64,000 nucleotides of DNA from a virus. Below, piece after piece: positions 8,601-19,872 of this stretch; position 1 is the stretch's first letter; every line of letters begins with the position of its first letter. The stretch is from IMG/VR virus record IMGVR_UViG_3300035703_000060, positions 1-64,000 of that record. One strand, written 5' to 3'. The position numbers and the translations under genes were made by a program. The notes below the pieces were generated by a model, which saw only the letters and a program-made list of their open reading frames with translations, did no database searches and was not told the origin of the DNA.

Positions 8601-11600
8601 CTTATGGTGACTATGTATCAGGAATAAACACTGTTGGATTTACAACAATAGGAAATTTTGGTATCCATAAGTTTAAAACAGAACCTAAAAAGGTTTTAGA
8701 TTCTATTAAGATTATAGATGGTGGAAGTGGATTTACCAATAGAAAATTAATAGTAAAACCATCTGGAATATCAACTTACAATCATACAGTTAATTTTAAT
8801 GATCATGGATTTTTGAGTGGAGAATTGGTTACCTATGATTTTGAAACAACCTCAATTTCTGGGTTATCTACAACAAATCAATATTATGTTTTAAAAGTAG
8901 ATAAAGACTCTTTTAGACTTTGTAATGCTGGTATTGCTGGTACTGATAATCAACATTATTTACGTCAGAATTATATTAAATTTTTATCTACAGGATCTGG
9001 TTATCAATACTTTAATTATCCAAATATAACTGTAGATGTTTCATATACTTTAGCGGATGGTCAAACAATTAAATCAATTACAGCCACTCCTGTAGTAAAA
9101 GGATCAATAATCCAAACCTATCTTTATGAAAAAGGATCTAGCTATGGATCAAATATATTAAACTTGGAAAATGTGCCTGATGTAAAAATATTAGAAGGTG
9201 AATTTGCACAACTTACACCTGTAATTTTTGCGGGAAGAATAGTAGATGTTTTAGTTTCATATTATGGTTCAGATTATTATTCTGTACCAGATATAATTGT
9301 TGAAAGTAAAAGTGGATCTGGAGCAATATTTAGGGCTAATATTAATAGAACAAATGGTAGATTAGAATCTGTAACTATTTTAAGTGAGGGATATAATTAT
9401 AATCTAGATGATACTACTTTAAAAGTAGTATCTACAGGAAAAAATGCAGTATTTTTTCCAAAGATCAGGGAATTAACTTTAGATAATTGCTATAAGTACG
9501 GTACTCAATATCAAAGTTATAGAGATCAATCGTATGAAATTTTATACAGGTCAAAAAATAATACTCTTCAATATGCAGTAACAGGTTATTCTGAATTATT
9601 AAGATCACTATTTAATGAATCTACTGGAAGACATTCTCCTATAATAGGTTGGTCTTATGATGGTATCCCGATTTATGGTCCTTTCGGATACTCAGATCCA
9701 GAAAACTCCGGATCACAAATAAAACTTATGCAATCTGGTTATTCTTTATTTGAAGTTGAAAATAGAGTTAGCACTACAGATTTTCCTCTAGGTTATTTTA
9801 TTGATGATTATAAATTTACAAATTCTGGGGATCTTGATGAATATAATGGGAGATTTTGTAAAACACCAGAATATCCAAATGGAACTTATGCGTATTTTGC
9901 AACAGCAGAATTAAATCCAGAAAATAATTATATTGGCGTATTTCCGTATTTTATTGGAAAATATTATAGATCAAAATTAATATCAGAAAATGTAAATCCT
10001 AATTTGAATCAAAAATTTGATTTTAATAGTTCAAATTTATTAAGAAATACTTTACCATATAAGTCTGGACAAAAATATGGAAGAAATGACTTTATACCAA
10101 ACTATTTTGGGCAAATATGTCAAGTAGATTCAACATTTTCTGGAAATGTTGAACAAATAAAAGTAACAAATGGGGGAAATAATTATAAAGTTGGTGATTT
10201 ACTATATTTTAACAATAACAAAACTTCTGGTTATGGATTAGAGTGTTCTGTAGAATCTATAAAAGGTAAAAAGGTATCTAACATACATTCAACAGTTAAA
10301 GTATATGAAAATGCTAAATTTTACACAAATTCTACTAATGAATTTTATGTAAAGTACTCACCCAATTTTGATATTAAAGATAATTCAAAAGTAACTATAA
10401 CAGGATTATCATCATCTTTTGCAGATTTAAATGGTCAGCACAATGTTTTTATTGAAGAGTTTAACACTAAATTAATTAATAATATTCCATTTGGTGCTCC
10501 AGGAATAGTAACTGATTTATACTTACAAGATTTTCCAAAAAGGGTTTCTATTGGAAGTTCTATTAAAATAGTTGGAGCAGAGTATGATCAATATTTTAAA
10601 ATATTAAATTATTTTGACGATATTGATGTTTTGAGAGTTGTAAGAACTTCATCATCTGGTTTAAGTACCGCCAATTCTACGATATCATTTTTACCAGACA
10701 TATTGAGAATAAAGGCAAAATCTAGTAGTACGACACAATTAGAAAACTATTTAAGATATTTTAACCCAAATAATTCGATAGGTATTGGAACTTGGTCCGG
10801 AACTTTTACTAGTAAATCTTTTTATAATGGTTCAGAACTAGTAACTATTTCAATACCATCTCAGTCTATATATTTACCTGATCATGGTTTTAGAACGAAT
10901 CAAAAAGTAATTTTAAAGAGACCAAGTGGGACAACAGCAATTCAGGTTAGTAATGATGGAAATACTTCATTCCAGATTTTATCTGGAGGAGAAACAGAAA
11001 GAGAATTATACATAATTAACAAATCCAAAGATTATATTGGTATAGTTACATCAGTTAATTTAACAAACACTAATGGTTTATATTTTACTGGTGCAGTAGG
11101 TTCTAACAATTACCAGTATTCGTTTGAATCAGTATTTGATGAAGTTTTATGTAATATTGTTGATGTTAAGAGTACTGTCTCTGTTTCTACAATTCATAAT
11201 TTATCTTTAAATGATGTTGTAGATATCAATGTTAAACCTAACAAGAGTGTTGGTGTCGGTGGATCTTCATTTATCAATTTAAAATATATTGAAGATATAA
11301 AATCAATTACTACAAAATTATTATCATTTACTCCAACTGAAGTAAATTTATCAACTCATAAAATAAATTTGACTGATCACAATTTATCTACTGGTGATAA
11401 GGTTTATTATATTTCAACTTCTGTAATTGGTGGATTAAGTACTGGAACATATTATGTACATAAAATAGATGCTAATAATATTCACTTATGCGAAACTTAT
11501 ATAGATTCTACTTCATTACCACCAAGTTTTATTAAGTTTACTTCAGTTGGAATTGGAACACAGCAATTCAATTTAGTTCAACCTAAAATAAATGTTATAA

Positions 11601-14600
11601 GAAATAATGATTTAGTTTTTAATGTATCTGATTCATCTTTAGAAGGGTATCAATTTAAATTATACACAAATTCAGATTTAACAAAAGAGTTTGTTTCTAT
11701 AGCGTCTACTGGTGTGTTTTCTCTAGTTGGATTTAACACTATAGGAATCAGTTCAGATGCTTCAATAACTTTAAAATATTCAAATAATTATCCCAAAAAA
11801 CTGTACTATACTTTAGAAAAAAATAATGAATTGGTAGAATTAAAAGACACTGTTATAAATTCATCTGAGATTAGTTTTATTGATAGTTTTTATTCTGGAA
11901 GATATAATATTTTTAATGTTACAAATACAACATTTGATATCAATCTGAAAGACGTTCCAGAAGAATCTTTTTACGATTTTATCGATTGTGATGTTTTAAC
12001 TTATTCTACAAACTCTTTGTCTGCATCTGGAGAAGTAGATAAAGTAAAAATAATTAGTTCAGGTGTTAATTATAAAGATATTCCTAGTTACACATCATCT
12101 TCTTTAACAAATGGTAGAGGATTAAATATTATACCATCATCAAATAATATTGGAAAAATTAATGATATAACAATAAAAAATAGTGGATTTGAATATTCTA
12201 ATGACAAAACGTTATCACCAAAAGCAGATATATCTAAAAATATAAAGATAACTAAATCTAGCACTTTAACTAGAGTAAATGTAATTGATGGTGGAAAAAA
12301 ATATCCATCAGCACCAAATTTAGTTGTTGTTGATTCCGATACTGGTAAAAAAATAGATAGTGGTCTTCTCAGAGCATCTATGTCTGGAGGGGGACTTGGG
12401 AACTCTAACATAGAAAGAGTTGTAATTGAAATACCAGTAAACGGATTACCTTCCACTCCAGTAACTATAAAGGCAGTTGACAATTCAAACGGAATTATTA
12501 TTGATAGAGTCGAATCATCAAGATCGGGAATACTTACATGTTTAATAAAAACTCCTATTTTGGGATTTGTTGATGATCCATTTGAAATTAATGATGAAGT
12601 ATTTGTTGAAAATATTGAAATAGTTCAAAATAGTGGAATAGGTTTTGATTCCGAAAATCATGGTTACCAATTCTTTAAAGTAATTGATTATACTTCTGGT
12701 TCTAATCCCGGAAGAATAGTAATACAAATACCACAACTATATGGTGATCCTGGCATAGCAGTAACATTCCAAATTAATAGTTTTGCATCAATAGTTAAAA
12801 AATTAAACTATCCAATTTTTAGTGTAGATCAAGATTATAGTTTATTTGAATTAGGTGAGCAGATAGCAGTTGTTTCAGATCCAGAAAATGTTATTGTTAC
12901 AGATTTAATCGTTGAAAAATCCAGAGAAAATTATTTAAAACTCTCTGGAGATTATGAATTGATTATTGGTGATGTAATAAAAGGATTTTCTAGTGGTTAC
13001 TTAGCTACTGTAGAAAACATATCGGTTTCTAATGGTATTTTTATGGTAGGTGCAGAAAATACTAAGTCTTTAGATTGGGATGATGAAACTGGAAAAACTA
13101 GTAACGATTCTCAGTTTTTAGCAGATAATGATTACTATCAAAATTTATCATACACAATAAAAAGTGAAAAAACTTGGGATGAAATATCCTCCATAGTTAA
13201 TTCAATGGTACACCCAATTGGAACTAAAAACTTTGCAGATACTCAAATCTCATCATCAACTTCAGGAATAGTTTCTACAGGATTAGTACCAAGTTCTCAA
13301 TTAGATTCTATACAATCATTCATTTCACAGTCTAGAACTGATATAATTAAGAATTTAGACTTTGTTAAAGATTATGATACAATTTCAAATGTATCAAAAA
13401 TTATCAGATTTAAAAATATAAAATTAACTGATTATGTTGAAGCAATATCAAATAGAGTTTTACAAATAGATGATATAAGTGAAGAGTTTTCTAGCACTGA
13501 TGATAACGATCAACGATTAAATCAAATTATACTTGCACTTCCGAAAGATCAATCATATGGTAAGTTTTTAATTCAAATAAAGTCTACTAATCAAAATTTA
13601 GTAGAAAAAGGCATAAATCAAGTACAATTTACAGAAATTATATCCTTAAAAAATAACAATGATGCATTTTTCTTAGAAAAAAACACAATAAGTAATCTGT
13701 ATGGTATAGGTAGTGATTCAAATGTATTTGGAACAAAAATTGCAGACATAACACCAGTTGTGGATGATGTTAAAAATTATTATTTCTTATTTACTCCAAC
13801 TAATCCATATGATATTGATTATGAAATAAAAATACTTGGAAGTAGATTTTTAACCACTTTAGATTCAAATTCTTCCTTAACAGTAGGATCTTCGGACATA
13901 TTTAACACCGTAAACGTAGTATCTCCACAAGAGTCCGAAGATATTTTATCATTAAATTCTTCAAAATATACTTCGTTTTATTCACAAATTCATGTGTTAA
14001 ATAGAACTACTTTTGAGATGAATTATGTTGAGGTTTACACAACTTATGATGGAAATAATGTTTATTATAGTGATTATTATTTTGATGGGACAGAAAAAAA
14101 TGATTTTAGTTATGGATTTATAGGTTCTTTTGGACTATCTGTAAGTGGAGGATTAATAAAATTAAATTATTACAATGAAAATAATAATGATGATATAACA
14201 TTAAGAGCAAAGACTATTTGCTTTAATAATTCATCTTCAGGAATAGGAACATATAGATTTAAATCTACAAGACAAGCAGATGGTAGTGAGAGAACTGTAA
14301 TATTAGAATCCGGAACATCTACAGTTTCAACATCTTCTTCTATTTTTTCTTATGATAGTGAATTATTCTCTAGTATAAAATCTCTTGTTAAAGTCAGCAT
14401 TGGAAATACAAGTTCAATACATCAATTAATGACTATACATGATGATAATAATTCTATTATCACAGAATATCCTATTTTGTTAGTTGGAAATAATTTGGGA
14501 ATAGGAACTTTTAGTTCTTTTGTAGATGAAAATAAATTTGAAGTTATATTTACTCCTAATATTGAATTTAACGGTAAATCAATTAAGGTACAATATTACA

Positions 14601-17600
14601 ATGAGGTATTTTATACATTTTTAGATGAAATTAATACTCCTCAACCACTTTCATTAACACCATTATATGAAAACTTAAATATTGCAAAATATTTTGGTTT
14701 AAATTCAAATAATATCAATAGACTAAACTTTAAATTAAGATACAGAAATGTTCCAATATTTGCCAAAACATTTGATCCATTTGATGTAGAAGTTTTAAAT
14801 CCATCTACTGGAGTCTTTACAATAGATAATCATTTCTTTAGTACTGGTGAAAGGTTAATTTATAAACCAAAATCAACATTTATTGGTTTGGGACAAAGTG
14901 CGATGGGTATTCCATCTGGATCAGTTACAGATATCGGTATTTCTACAAATAGATTACCCTCTAGTGTTTATGCTATCAAACTATCAAATAATCAATTCCA
15001 AATAGCATTGACACAATCTAATGCAAATTCTGGAGTTGCAATTACATTTACTTATCTTGGTGAAGGTAATGCACATATGTTTGAAATGCATAAAAAGAAT
15101 GAAAAGTCTTTAATTACAATTAATAATCTGGCACAATATCCATTAACTTTTACTGGTATAGCACATTCTTTATTTGAAAACGGTGGTCAAATTGGTGCTG
15201 GAGTTACTTTCTTTACTTTAAGTGGTATTAGTTCTATTAAACCAACAGATTTATTAAAAATTGATGATGAATACATGAGTGTTGTCAATGTTGGTATTGG
15301 AACTAGTAGTTCTGGGCCTATATTATTCTTTACAGGTAATAAAAATATTGTTGAAGTTGAGAGAGGATTTGTTGGTTCTTCAGCAACATCTCATTTAGAT
15401 AATTCTAAAGTTCAAGTTTATAGAGGTTCTTATAATATTTCTGAAGATCAAATATATTTTACTCAACCACCTAGAGGAAATATATTTGATTTAGTCCAAA
15501 AAGATGAAAGAAATTTAGAAAGATCTAGAGCAAGTTTTAGTGGAAGAGTGTTCTTAAGACAAGATTATTCTACAAATGTTATTTTTGATGATATTTCTTC
15601 ACAATTTACTGGTATAGGTGAAACTTTCTTACTAAAGTCTCAAGGAATAAACACTGTAGGTTTAGGAACAACATCGGGAAATGGAATATTATTCATCAAT
15701 GGAATATATCAGACTCCATTCACACAAAATGTAACTGATTTTAATTTTAGAATAATTCAGAATCCATCTTCTGGTATTAGTAGTGTTGTATTTACTGGAA
15801 TAAGAAATGATAATAATGAAATTACAATTTCAGAATCTGATGTAAATCAAAATCAATTGCCAAGAGGTGGAATTATTGTATCTTTAGGATCAACAGCAGG
15901 TCTTGGATATGCACCATTAGTTGGAGCAAAAGTAAGAGCAATCTTGGGTGTCAATGGTTCTATTACTGGTGTAGTTGGGATAGCAACAACAGGAAGTCCA
16001 GTAGCATTTACTACAGTTTCATATAATAATCAAACAGGGGTCTTAAATGTTTTTGCACCATCAACTTATAATCTTATTGGTGCAAATCAGGTAAAAATAG
16101 TTGGATTGGCATTTACATGTCCGTCAAATCCTGGCATTGTTTCTTATTTCCCAAGTCACAATGAATCTTTAAATATTATTGGAATTGGAACGACATCATT
16201 CTCTGTTCAAGTTGGTACAAGCACATTACCACATTATTATGTTGGATATGGGACAATATACCCATGGTATGAAGAGTTAAATTTTGGATCAGGATATAGG
16301 GAACCAATTTCAGTAGCAGTGACCGAATCTGGACATACTGGGAGTGCTGCAACAATAACTGCTACCGTTGGGGCAGGTGGCACTCTATCGTTTGTTGTAG
16401 GGGCAGGTGGAACGGGATACAGTAATCCAATAATTCAAATATCACCACCAAGTTATGAAAACTTACCAATTATTGGTGTTTCTCGACTTGGAATTGGTGA
16501 AACTACTGACACTGGAATTGGTATGTTAATGAATGTTGAAGTAGGATCAGCAGTTGGTATTGATACTTTAGGTAATGTTGGGATTGGTTCCACTCTTTTC
16601 CAGGTATCTTCTTTTAAAATTACAAGACCTGGATATAACTTTAAAAGAGGTGACATCTTTAGACCAGTTGGATTAGTAACTGCAAAAGGTCTAACAAAAC
16701 CAATACAAGAATTTAGACTTACGGTACTAGAAACATACAACGATAATTTTGCTGCTTGGCAATTTGGAGAACTTAACTTGATAGATTCTATAAAAAGATT
16801 TCAGGATGGTTCTAGACTAAATTATCCATTATATTATGATGGTGAACTTCTAAGTTTCCAAACAAACGTTGATAATCCAGATTCCCAATTTATAGATTTT
16901 GATTCTTTATTAGTTATTTTTGTGAATGGGATACTTCAAGAACCAAAAATTGCATATGAATTTAATGGTGGATCTGCAGTTAGATTTTTAACGGCACCAA
17001 AAGTTGATGATAATATTGAAATTTATTTTTATGTTGGAACAAGAGGAGTAGACTCTAAGCAAGTTAATGTAGAACCAATACTACAAGTTGGAGATACAGT
17101 TCAAATTTACAGTAATAATGGAAACTTAGAAAATACGGTTACTCAAAATACAAGAATTGTTTTTGATTTAATTTCATCAGATTTGATGGAAACTAATCTT
17201 TATTCTGAGCAAGGAGTGGATGAACAAAATGAAAAACCATTGTATTGGATTAAACAAAAAGAAGACCTTATTATTAATGATATTACATATTCAAAGGCAA
17301 GAGATTCTTTAGAACCACAAGTTTACCCAACTGGAAAAATTATAAAAGATTTTTCAACAACAGATAGTGCGATATTTGTCGATAATGCAAGTTTCTTTGA
17401 CTATGAACAAGAACTACCAACAGAAAAAATTGACCTCTTAATTATTCCGTCAAATGAATCCATAGAGGTTGGTATCTTAACTGCTGTAGTTTCTGCATCT
17501 GGAACTATTCAATCATTGTCAATAGTAAATGGTGGAATTGGTTATACTGGATCTGGTGTAGATGTAAAAATATCAAATCCATATTATGGAATTGGTGTTG

Positions 17601-18265
17601 GAGTTGGAACAACTGCAACGGCGTCTCTTACAATATCTGGCGGATCTATAACTAGCACATCTATAATTAATCCTGGATTTGGATATACTAATACAAATCC
17701 ACCACAAGTTATAGTAGAATATCCCACAATTGAGTACGAAGAGTGTCTCGATGCAAATGTTGTTGATGGATTTGATGGAGTAATTACTGGTATTGGAACA
17801 ACATCAGGAATAGGTGTTAATTTGGCTCTAAAATTTAAGTTATTTAAATCTGATGAAGTTTATTCTGATTTATCAGTTGGTTATCCAATTTATATTTTCA
17901 ATACTAACGTTGGTACTGGATTGACAACTATTGATCAAAATGAAAATGATATTGTTGGAGTATCGACATCAACCTTGGACAATATTTATTATGTACATGG
18001 AATTGATACCATTACTGGCATTATTACGTGTAACATATCAAATAACACAAACATTGTTGGTATTGCAACTACTGGTACAGTAGCAAGTCCTGTAGGTAAA
18101 TTCTCTTGGGGTAGAATAAGTGGATTTAGTCGTTCATCCAATCCAGTTTCTATTGGTGTAAGTGGATATAAAGTAAATTCAGGGTTATCATCATATCCTA
18201 CAGTTCAAAGAAGAGGTTATGGACTAAGAAGTACTGGTGCTCTTAAAAAAGATTTAACAACATAA
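5681..18265 (+). CDS. gp7: giant baseplate wedge initiator gp7-like structural protein (4194 aa) with YHYH-like domain
   Basis: Lies between gp6 and gp8. FLKQYY, FYQAKGS..SFRILF, HSPIIGWSYDGIPIYGP..DLDEYNGRF, YYQNLSY..VHPIG motifs. Confidence 0.8.
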   Translation: MVQSNFESKVRIQEIIDNQIPEFILEENPKFSEFLKQYYISQEYQGGSVDLVENLVEYLKLDNLTPEVISGDTKLTKEVVKSSTEIYVDSTKGFPKSYGLLQIGDEIITYKNIEQNQISGSCNVSIGSTIAYTSGISSSLYIGRPFVINSLNVSPTIVSVASTFVVLSDVVVKNSNVSGYSSIGAYNFNIDSPEFTDCSRGFSGIESYDSKLVFSTTKASSHVKSSKVINLSVLFLQKFYEKIKFTFLPGLEKVDLYESLNVNNFIKNSKSFYQAKGSKESFRILFNALYGIEPTVIDLETFLFKSSAAIYRRRKELLFENLSTNRNPLLLTGYQVTKNNNSNVFGSVSEAEIFTRNNKTYYKFYIFLGYDDSNSENSGEFEITPSSKVVEKISAEDNATVITVDSTIGFGNSGSIFCNGVEIFYTDKSINQFFGCYTSTNNYIDANIEKTSLVYSNDTYFGYENGDKTKKVNLRLLGVVNDIEIKNENESDYIFSEGDKIYIKNLGNLIKNPPSNKSNLQVIANSFIYNTSSRYELSQFNVNSRTAFTLSEIDDSSLKEGDYVEFLERNTEILESDLSNVIVTSINRETGEIEFNSNLGSLNPLKDYDIRRKLKTSSSSVVPLKYENITCDVTNVYSENDQNLYIASNSLPSYQITKNLFSYNASSLVNFNTTEEKYTSVRFNSEVSFLSGDRVYYSYSNAPISGLSEGLYYVTVSSDKKELKLFVSKSFISIDKFVYLESIPSGTHTFTLSSQKTLDSAIYPQKLLKKIESNVDTFYDGKDPIGTETIGVLVNGVEIFSPKSNDKIYYGPLESVQVINRGESYDVINPPILELSSGNAKLQPVVQGSIEKVHIDPQEFNIERPITLSVSGGNGKGTILSPITKLKSREVFFDARIIEEGGGLSITSETITFLTDHNFFDGQKVIYDIDNINNQKIGIGLFQGSNNDSGRYLGNNSVFYTKVINSKTIQIYPTYGDYVSGINTVGFTTIGNFGIHKFKTEPKKVLDSIKIIDGGSGFTNRKLIVKPSGISTYNHTVNFNDHGFLSGELVTYDFETTSISGLSTTNQYYVLKVDKDSFRLCNAGIAGTDNQHYLRQNYIKFLSTGSGYQYFNYPNITVDVSYTLADGQTIKSITATPVVKGSIIQTYLYEKGSSYGSNILNLENVPDVKILEGEFAQLTPVIFAGRIVDVLVSYYGSDYYSVPDIIVESKSGSGAIFRANINRTNGRLESVTILSEGYNYNLDDTTLKVVSTGKNAVFFPKIRELTLDNCYKYGTQYQSYRDQSYEILYRSKNNTLQYAVTGYSELLRSLFNESTGRHSPIIGWSYDGIPIYGPFGYSDPENSGSQIKLMQSGYSLFEVENRVSTTDFPLGYFIDDYKFTNSGDLDEYNGRFCKTPEYPNGTYAYFATAELNPENNYIGVFPYFIGKYYRSKLISENVNPNLNQKFDFNSSNLLRNTLPYKSGQKYGRNDFIPNYFGQICQVDSTFSGNVEQIKVTNGGNNYKVGDLLYFNNNKTSGYGLECSVESIKGKKVSNIHSTVKVYENAKFYTNSTNEFYVKYSPNFDIKDNSKVTITGLSSSFADLNGQHNVFIEEFNTKLINNIPFGAPGIVTDLYLQDFPKRVSIGSSIKIVGAEYDQYFKILNYFDDIDVLRVVRTSSSGLSTANSTISFLPDILRIKAKSSSTTQLENYLRYFNPNNSIGIGTWSGTFTSKSFYNGSELVTISIPSQSIYLPDHGFRTNQKVILKRPSGTTAIQVSNDGNTSFQILSGGETERELYIINKSKDYIGIVTSVNLTNTNGLYFTGAVGSNNYQYSFESVFDEVLCNIVDVKSTVSVSTIHNLSLNDVVDINVKPNKSVGVGGSSFINLKYIEDIKSITTKLLSFTPTEVNLSTHKINLTDHNLSTGDKVYYISTSVIGGLSTGTYYVHKIDANNIHLCETYIDSTSLPPSFIKFTSVGIGTQQFNLVQPKINVIRNNDLVFNVSDSSLEGYQFKLYTNSDLTKEFVSIASTGVFSLVGFNTIGISSDASITLKYSNNYPKKLYYTLEKNNELVELKDTVINSSEISFIDSFYSGRYNIFNVTNTTFDINLKDVPEESFYDFIDCDVLTYSTNSLSASGEVDKVKIISSGVNYKDIPSYTSSSLTNGRGLNIIPSSNNIGKINDITIKNSGFEYSNDKTLSPKADISKNIKITKSSTLTRVNVIDGGKKYPSAPNLVVVDSDTGKKIDSGLLRASMSGGGLGNSNIERVVIEIPVNGLPSTPVTIKAVDNSNGIIIDRVESSRSGILTCLIKTPILGFVDDPFEINDEVFVENIEIVQNSGIGFDSENHGYQFFKVIDYTSGSNPGRIVIQIPQLYGDPGIAVTFQINSFASIVKKLNYPIFSVDQDYSLFELGEQIAVVSDPENVIVTDLIVEKSRENYLKLSGDYELIIGDVIKGFSSGYLATVENISVSNGIFMVGAENTKSLDWDDETGKTSNDSQFLADNDYYQNLSYTIKSEKTWDEISSIVNSMVHPIGTKNFADTQISSSTSGIVSTGLVPSSQLDSIQSFISQSRTDIIKNLDFVKDYDTISNVSKIIRFKNIKLTDYVEAISNRVLQIDDISEEFSSTDDNDQRLNQIILALPKDQSYGKFLIQIKSTNQNLVEKGINQVQFTEIISLKNNNDAFFLEKNTISNLYGIGSDSNVFGTKIADITPVVDDVKNYYFLFTPTNPYDIDYEIKILGSRFLTTLDSNSSLTVGSSDIFNTVNVVSPQESEDILSLNSSKYTSFYSQIHVLNRTTFEMNYVEVYTTYDGNNVYYSDYYFDGTEKNDFSYGFIGSFGLSVSGGLIKLNYYNENNNDDITLRAKTICFNNSSSGIGTYRFKSTRQADGSERTVILESGTSTVSTSSSIFSYDSELFSSIKSLVKVSIGNTSSIHQLMTIHDDNNSIITEYPILLVGNNLGIGTFSSFVDENKFEVIFTPNIEFNGKSIKVQYYNEVFYTFLDEINTPQPLSLTPLYENLNIAKYFGLNSNNINRLNFKLRYRNVPIFAKTFDPFDVEVLNPSTGVFTIDNHFFSTGERLIYKPKSTFIGLGQSAMGIPSGSVTDIGISTNRLPSSVYAIKLSNNQFQIALTQSNANSGVAITFTYLGEGNAHMFEMHKKNEKSLITINNLAQYPLTFTGIAHSLFENGGQIGAGVTFFTLSGISSIKPTDLLKIDDEYMSVVNVGIGTSSSGPILFFTGNKNIVEVERGFVGSSATSHLDNSKVQVYRGSYNISEDQIYFTQPPRGNIFDLVQKDERNLERSRASFSGRVFLRQDYSTNVIFDDISSQFTGIGETFLLKSQGINTVGLGTTSGNGILFINGIYQTPFTQNVTDFNFRIIQNPSSGISSVVFTGIRNDNNEITISESDVNQNQLPRGGIIVSLGSTAGLGYAPLVGAKVRAILGVNGSITGVVGIATTGSPVAFTTVSYNNQTGVLNVFAPSTYNLIGANQVKIVGLAFTCPSNPGIVSYFPSHNESLNIIGIGTTSFSVQVGTSTLPHYYVGYGTIYPWYEELNFGSGYREPISVAVTESGHTGSAATITATVGAGGTLSFVVGAGGTGYSNPIIQISPPSYENLPIIGVSRLGIGETTDTGIGMLMNVEVGSAVGIDTLGNVGIGSTLFQVSSFKITRPGYNFKRGDIFRPVGLVTAKGLTKPIQEFRLTVLETYNDNFAAWQFGELNLIDSIKRFQDGSRLNYPLYYDGELLSFQTNVDNPDSQFIDFDSLLVIFVNGILQEPKIAYEFNGGSAVRFLTAPKVDDNIEIYFYVGTRGVDSKQVNVEPILQVGDTVQIYSNNGNLENTVTQNTRIVFDLISSDLMETNLYSEQGVDEQNEKPLYWIKQKEDLIINDITYSKARDSLEPQVYPTGKIIKDFSTTDSAIFVDNASFFDYEQELPTEKIDLLIIPSNESIEVGILTAVVSASGTIQSLSIVNGGIGYTGSGVDVKISNPYYGIGVGVGTTATASLTISGGSITSTSIINPGFGYTNTNPPQVIVEYPTIEYEECLDANVVDGFDGVITGIGTTSGIGVNLALKFKLFKSDEVYSDLSVGYPIYIFNTNVGTGLTTIDQNENDIVGVSTSTLDNIYYVHGIDTITGIITCNISNNTNIVGIATTGTVASPVGKFSWGRISGFSRSSNPVSIGVSGYKVNSGLSSYPTVQRRGYGLRSTGALKKDLTT

Positions 18266-18273
18266 TATAAATA
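18266..18273 (+). promoter_or_regulatory. T4-type late promoter
   Basis: Exact TATAAATA between gp7 and gp8. Confidence 0.75.
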
Positions 18274-18292
18274 ATAAAAAAAACGGGTTAAT

Positions 18293-19870
18293 ATGCCAGC
18301 CTTTGTTACAGACCAATTTAGAATTTTAAATACAAATAATTTTATTAATTCTATAGATACTGCAACTGATAATTATTATGTTTTTGTTGGACTGCCAAAT
18401 CCAGATCAAAATGGATTTGGTAGAAATGTAAGTTGGGATAGTCCAGATATTATTGGAGATCCAGTTTTACCAAACCCAACTGATAATTTTGATTACCTTC
18501 CACACTACGGTGACACTATTTTATATGGAAAAAAAGTAACATCTCAAAATATTAGAAGATGTGTAAGGAAGATTGAATGGACACAAGGTGTAAAGTATGA
18601 CATGTATCGACATGATTATAGTGTCACTAATCCTTCCGGAGTTACTAATAGGGCAAGATTATATGATTCAAATTATTATGTAATTAATAGTCAATATCAG
18701 GTATATATTTGTATATCTAATGGTTCAAGTGGAATTAACACAACTGGAAATCAATCTCAAGATGAACCATTATTTACTGATTTAGAACCATCGAGAGCAG
18801 GAAATAGTGGAGATGGATATATATGGAAATATTTGTTTACTGTACCACCAACAGATATTATCAAATTTGATTCTACAGAATTTATACCAATACCAAACGA
18901 TTGGGAGACTTCAACACTATCTCAAATAAAATCTGTCAGAGAAAATGGAGATTCTACTCTTAATAATAATCAAATTAAATTTGTATATATCGAAAATCAA
19001 GGAAGTAACTACACTACAGGTGAGGTAAATATTTTAGGTGATGGAACGGGTGCAAGAGTTTATGTTGAAGCAAATGAAGATGGGCAAATAATAAAAACCA
19101 CAGTTACTGCTGGTGGGAGTGGATATACATATGGAATTGTTGACCTTGGACCACTTCAAACTTTAGACACTATAGCATTTCCGGCAAAGTTAATACCAAT
19201 AATTCCACCTTCAAGAGGTCATGGATATGATTTGTATCGTGAAATGGGTTCTGATAAGGTTTTAATTTACTCTAGATTTGATGATTCATCAAAAGACTTT
19301 CCCGTAGACACAAAGTTTGCACAAATAGGAATATTAAAAAATCCAACAAGATTTATATCTACAGAATCTTATACATCAGATAGATTTTCTGGATTAGCAT
19401 CTTTGAAAGTCATAAGATCTGGTAACACTTTACCAACAATAGGTGAAAAAATAGAACAAACTCTGTCTGGTGGAGAAAAAGCAGTTGGTTATGTTGCTTC
19501 TTACGATAGAGACACTAATGTTTTAAAATATTTTAAAGATAGATCTCTTTATTATAATCAATCTTCATATGATCAAACAGATTATGTTGGTATTTCTTCT
19601 TCAGGAAATGCCTCATTAGATTTTAGCAATTCTGGAGGATCTATTAGCGGAGTTGAAAGTGGATTTTTATGTTCGATAGATTCATCATTTAATGCATCAA
19701 CATTAACTGTTCAAAATAGAATAATCAACCTAGATGTATCTTTCACATCAGGTATAGCAAATCCCGAAATAAATAAAACATCTGGAGATATTATCTACAT
19801 TGATAATAGACCTTTAATACAGAGAAACTCTAGGCAAAAAGAAGACATCAAAATTATTCTAGAATTTTAA
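18293..19870 (+). CDS. gp8: baseplate wedge subunit gp8
   Basis: VYICISNG, DGYIWKYLFT, GHGYD, SGDIIYIDNR...QKEDIKIILEF. Confidence 0.92.
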   Translation: MPAFVTDQFRILNTNNFINSIDTATDNYYVFVGLPNPDQNGFGRNVSWDSPDIIGDPVLPNPTDNFDYLPHYGDTILYGKKVTSQNIRRCVRKIEWTQGVKYDMYRHDYSVTNPSGVTNRARLYDSNYYVINSQYQVYICISNGSSGINTTGNQSQDEPLFTDLEPSRAGNSGDGYIWKYLFTVPPTDIIKFDSTEFIPIPNDWETSTLSQIKSVRENGDSTLNNNQIKFVYIENQGSNYTTGEVNILGDGTGARVYVEANEDGQIIKTTVTAGGSGYTYGIVDLGPLQTLDTIAFPAKLIPIIPPSRGHGYDLYREMGSDKVLIYSRFDDSSKDFPVDTKFAQIGILKNPTRFISTESYTSDRFSGLASLKVIRSGNTLPTIGEKIEQTLSGGEKAVGYVASYDRDTNVLKYFKDRSLYYNQSSYDQTDYVGISSSGNASLDFSNSGGSISGVESGFLCSIDSSFNASTLTVQNRIINLDVSFTSGIANPEINKTSGDIIYIDNRPLIQRNSRQKEDIKIILEF

Positions 19871-19872
19871 AA

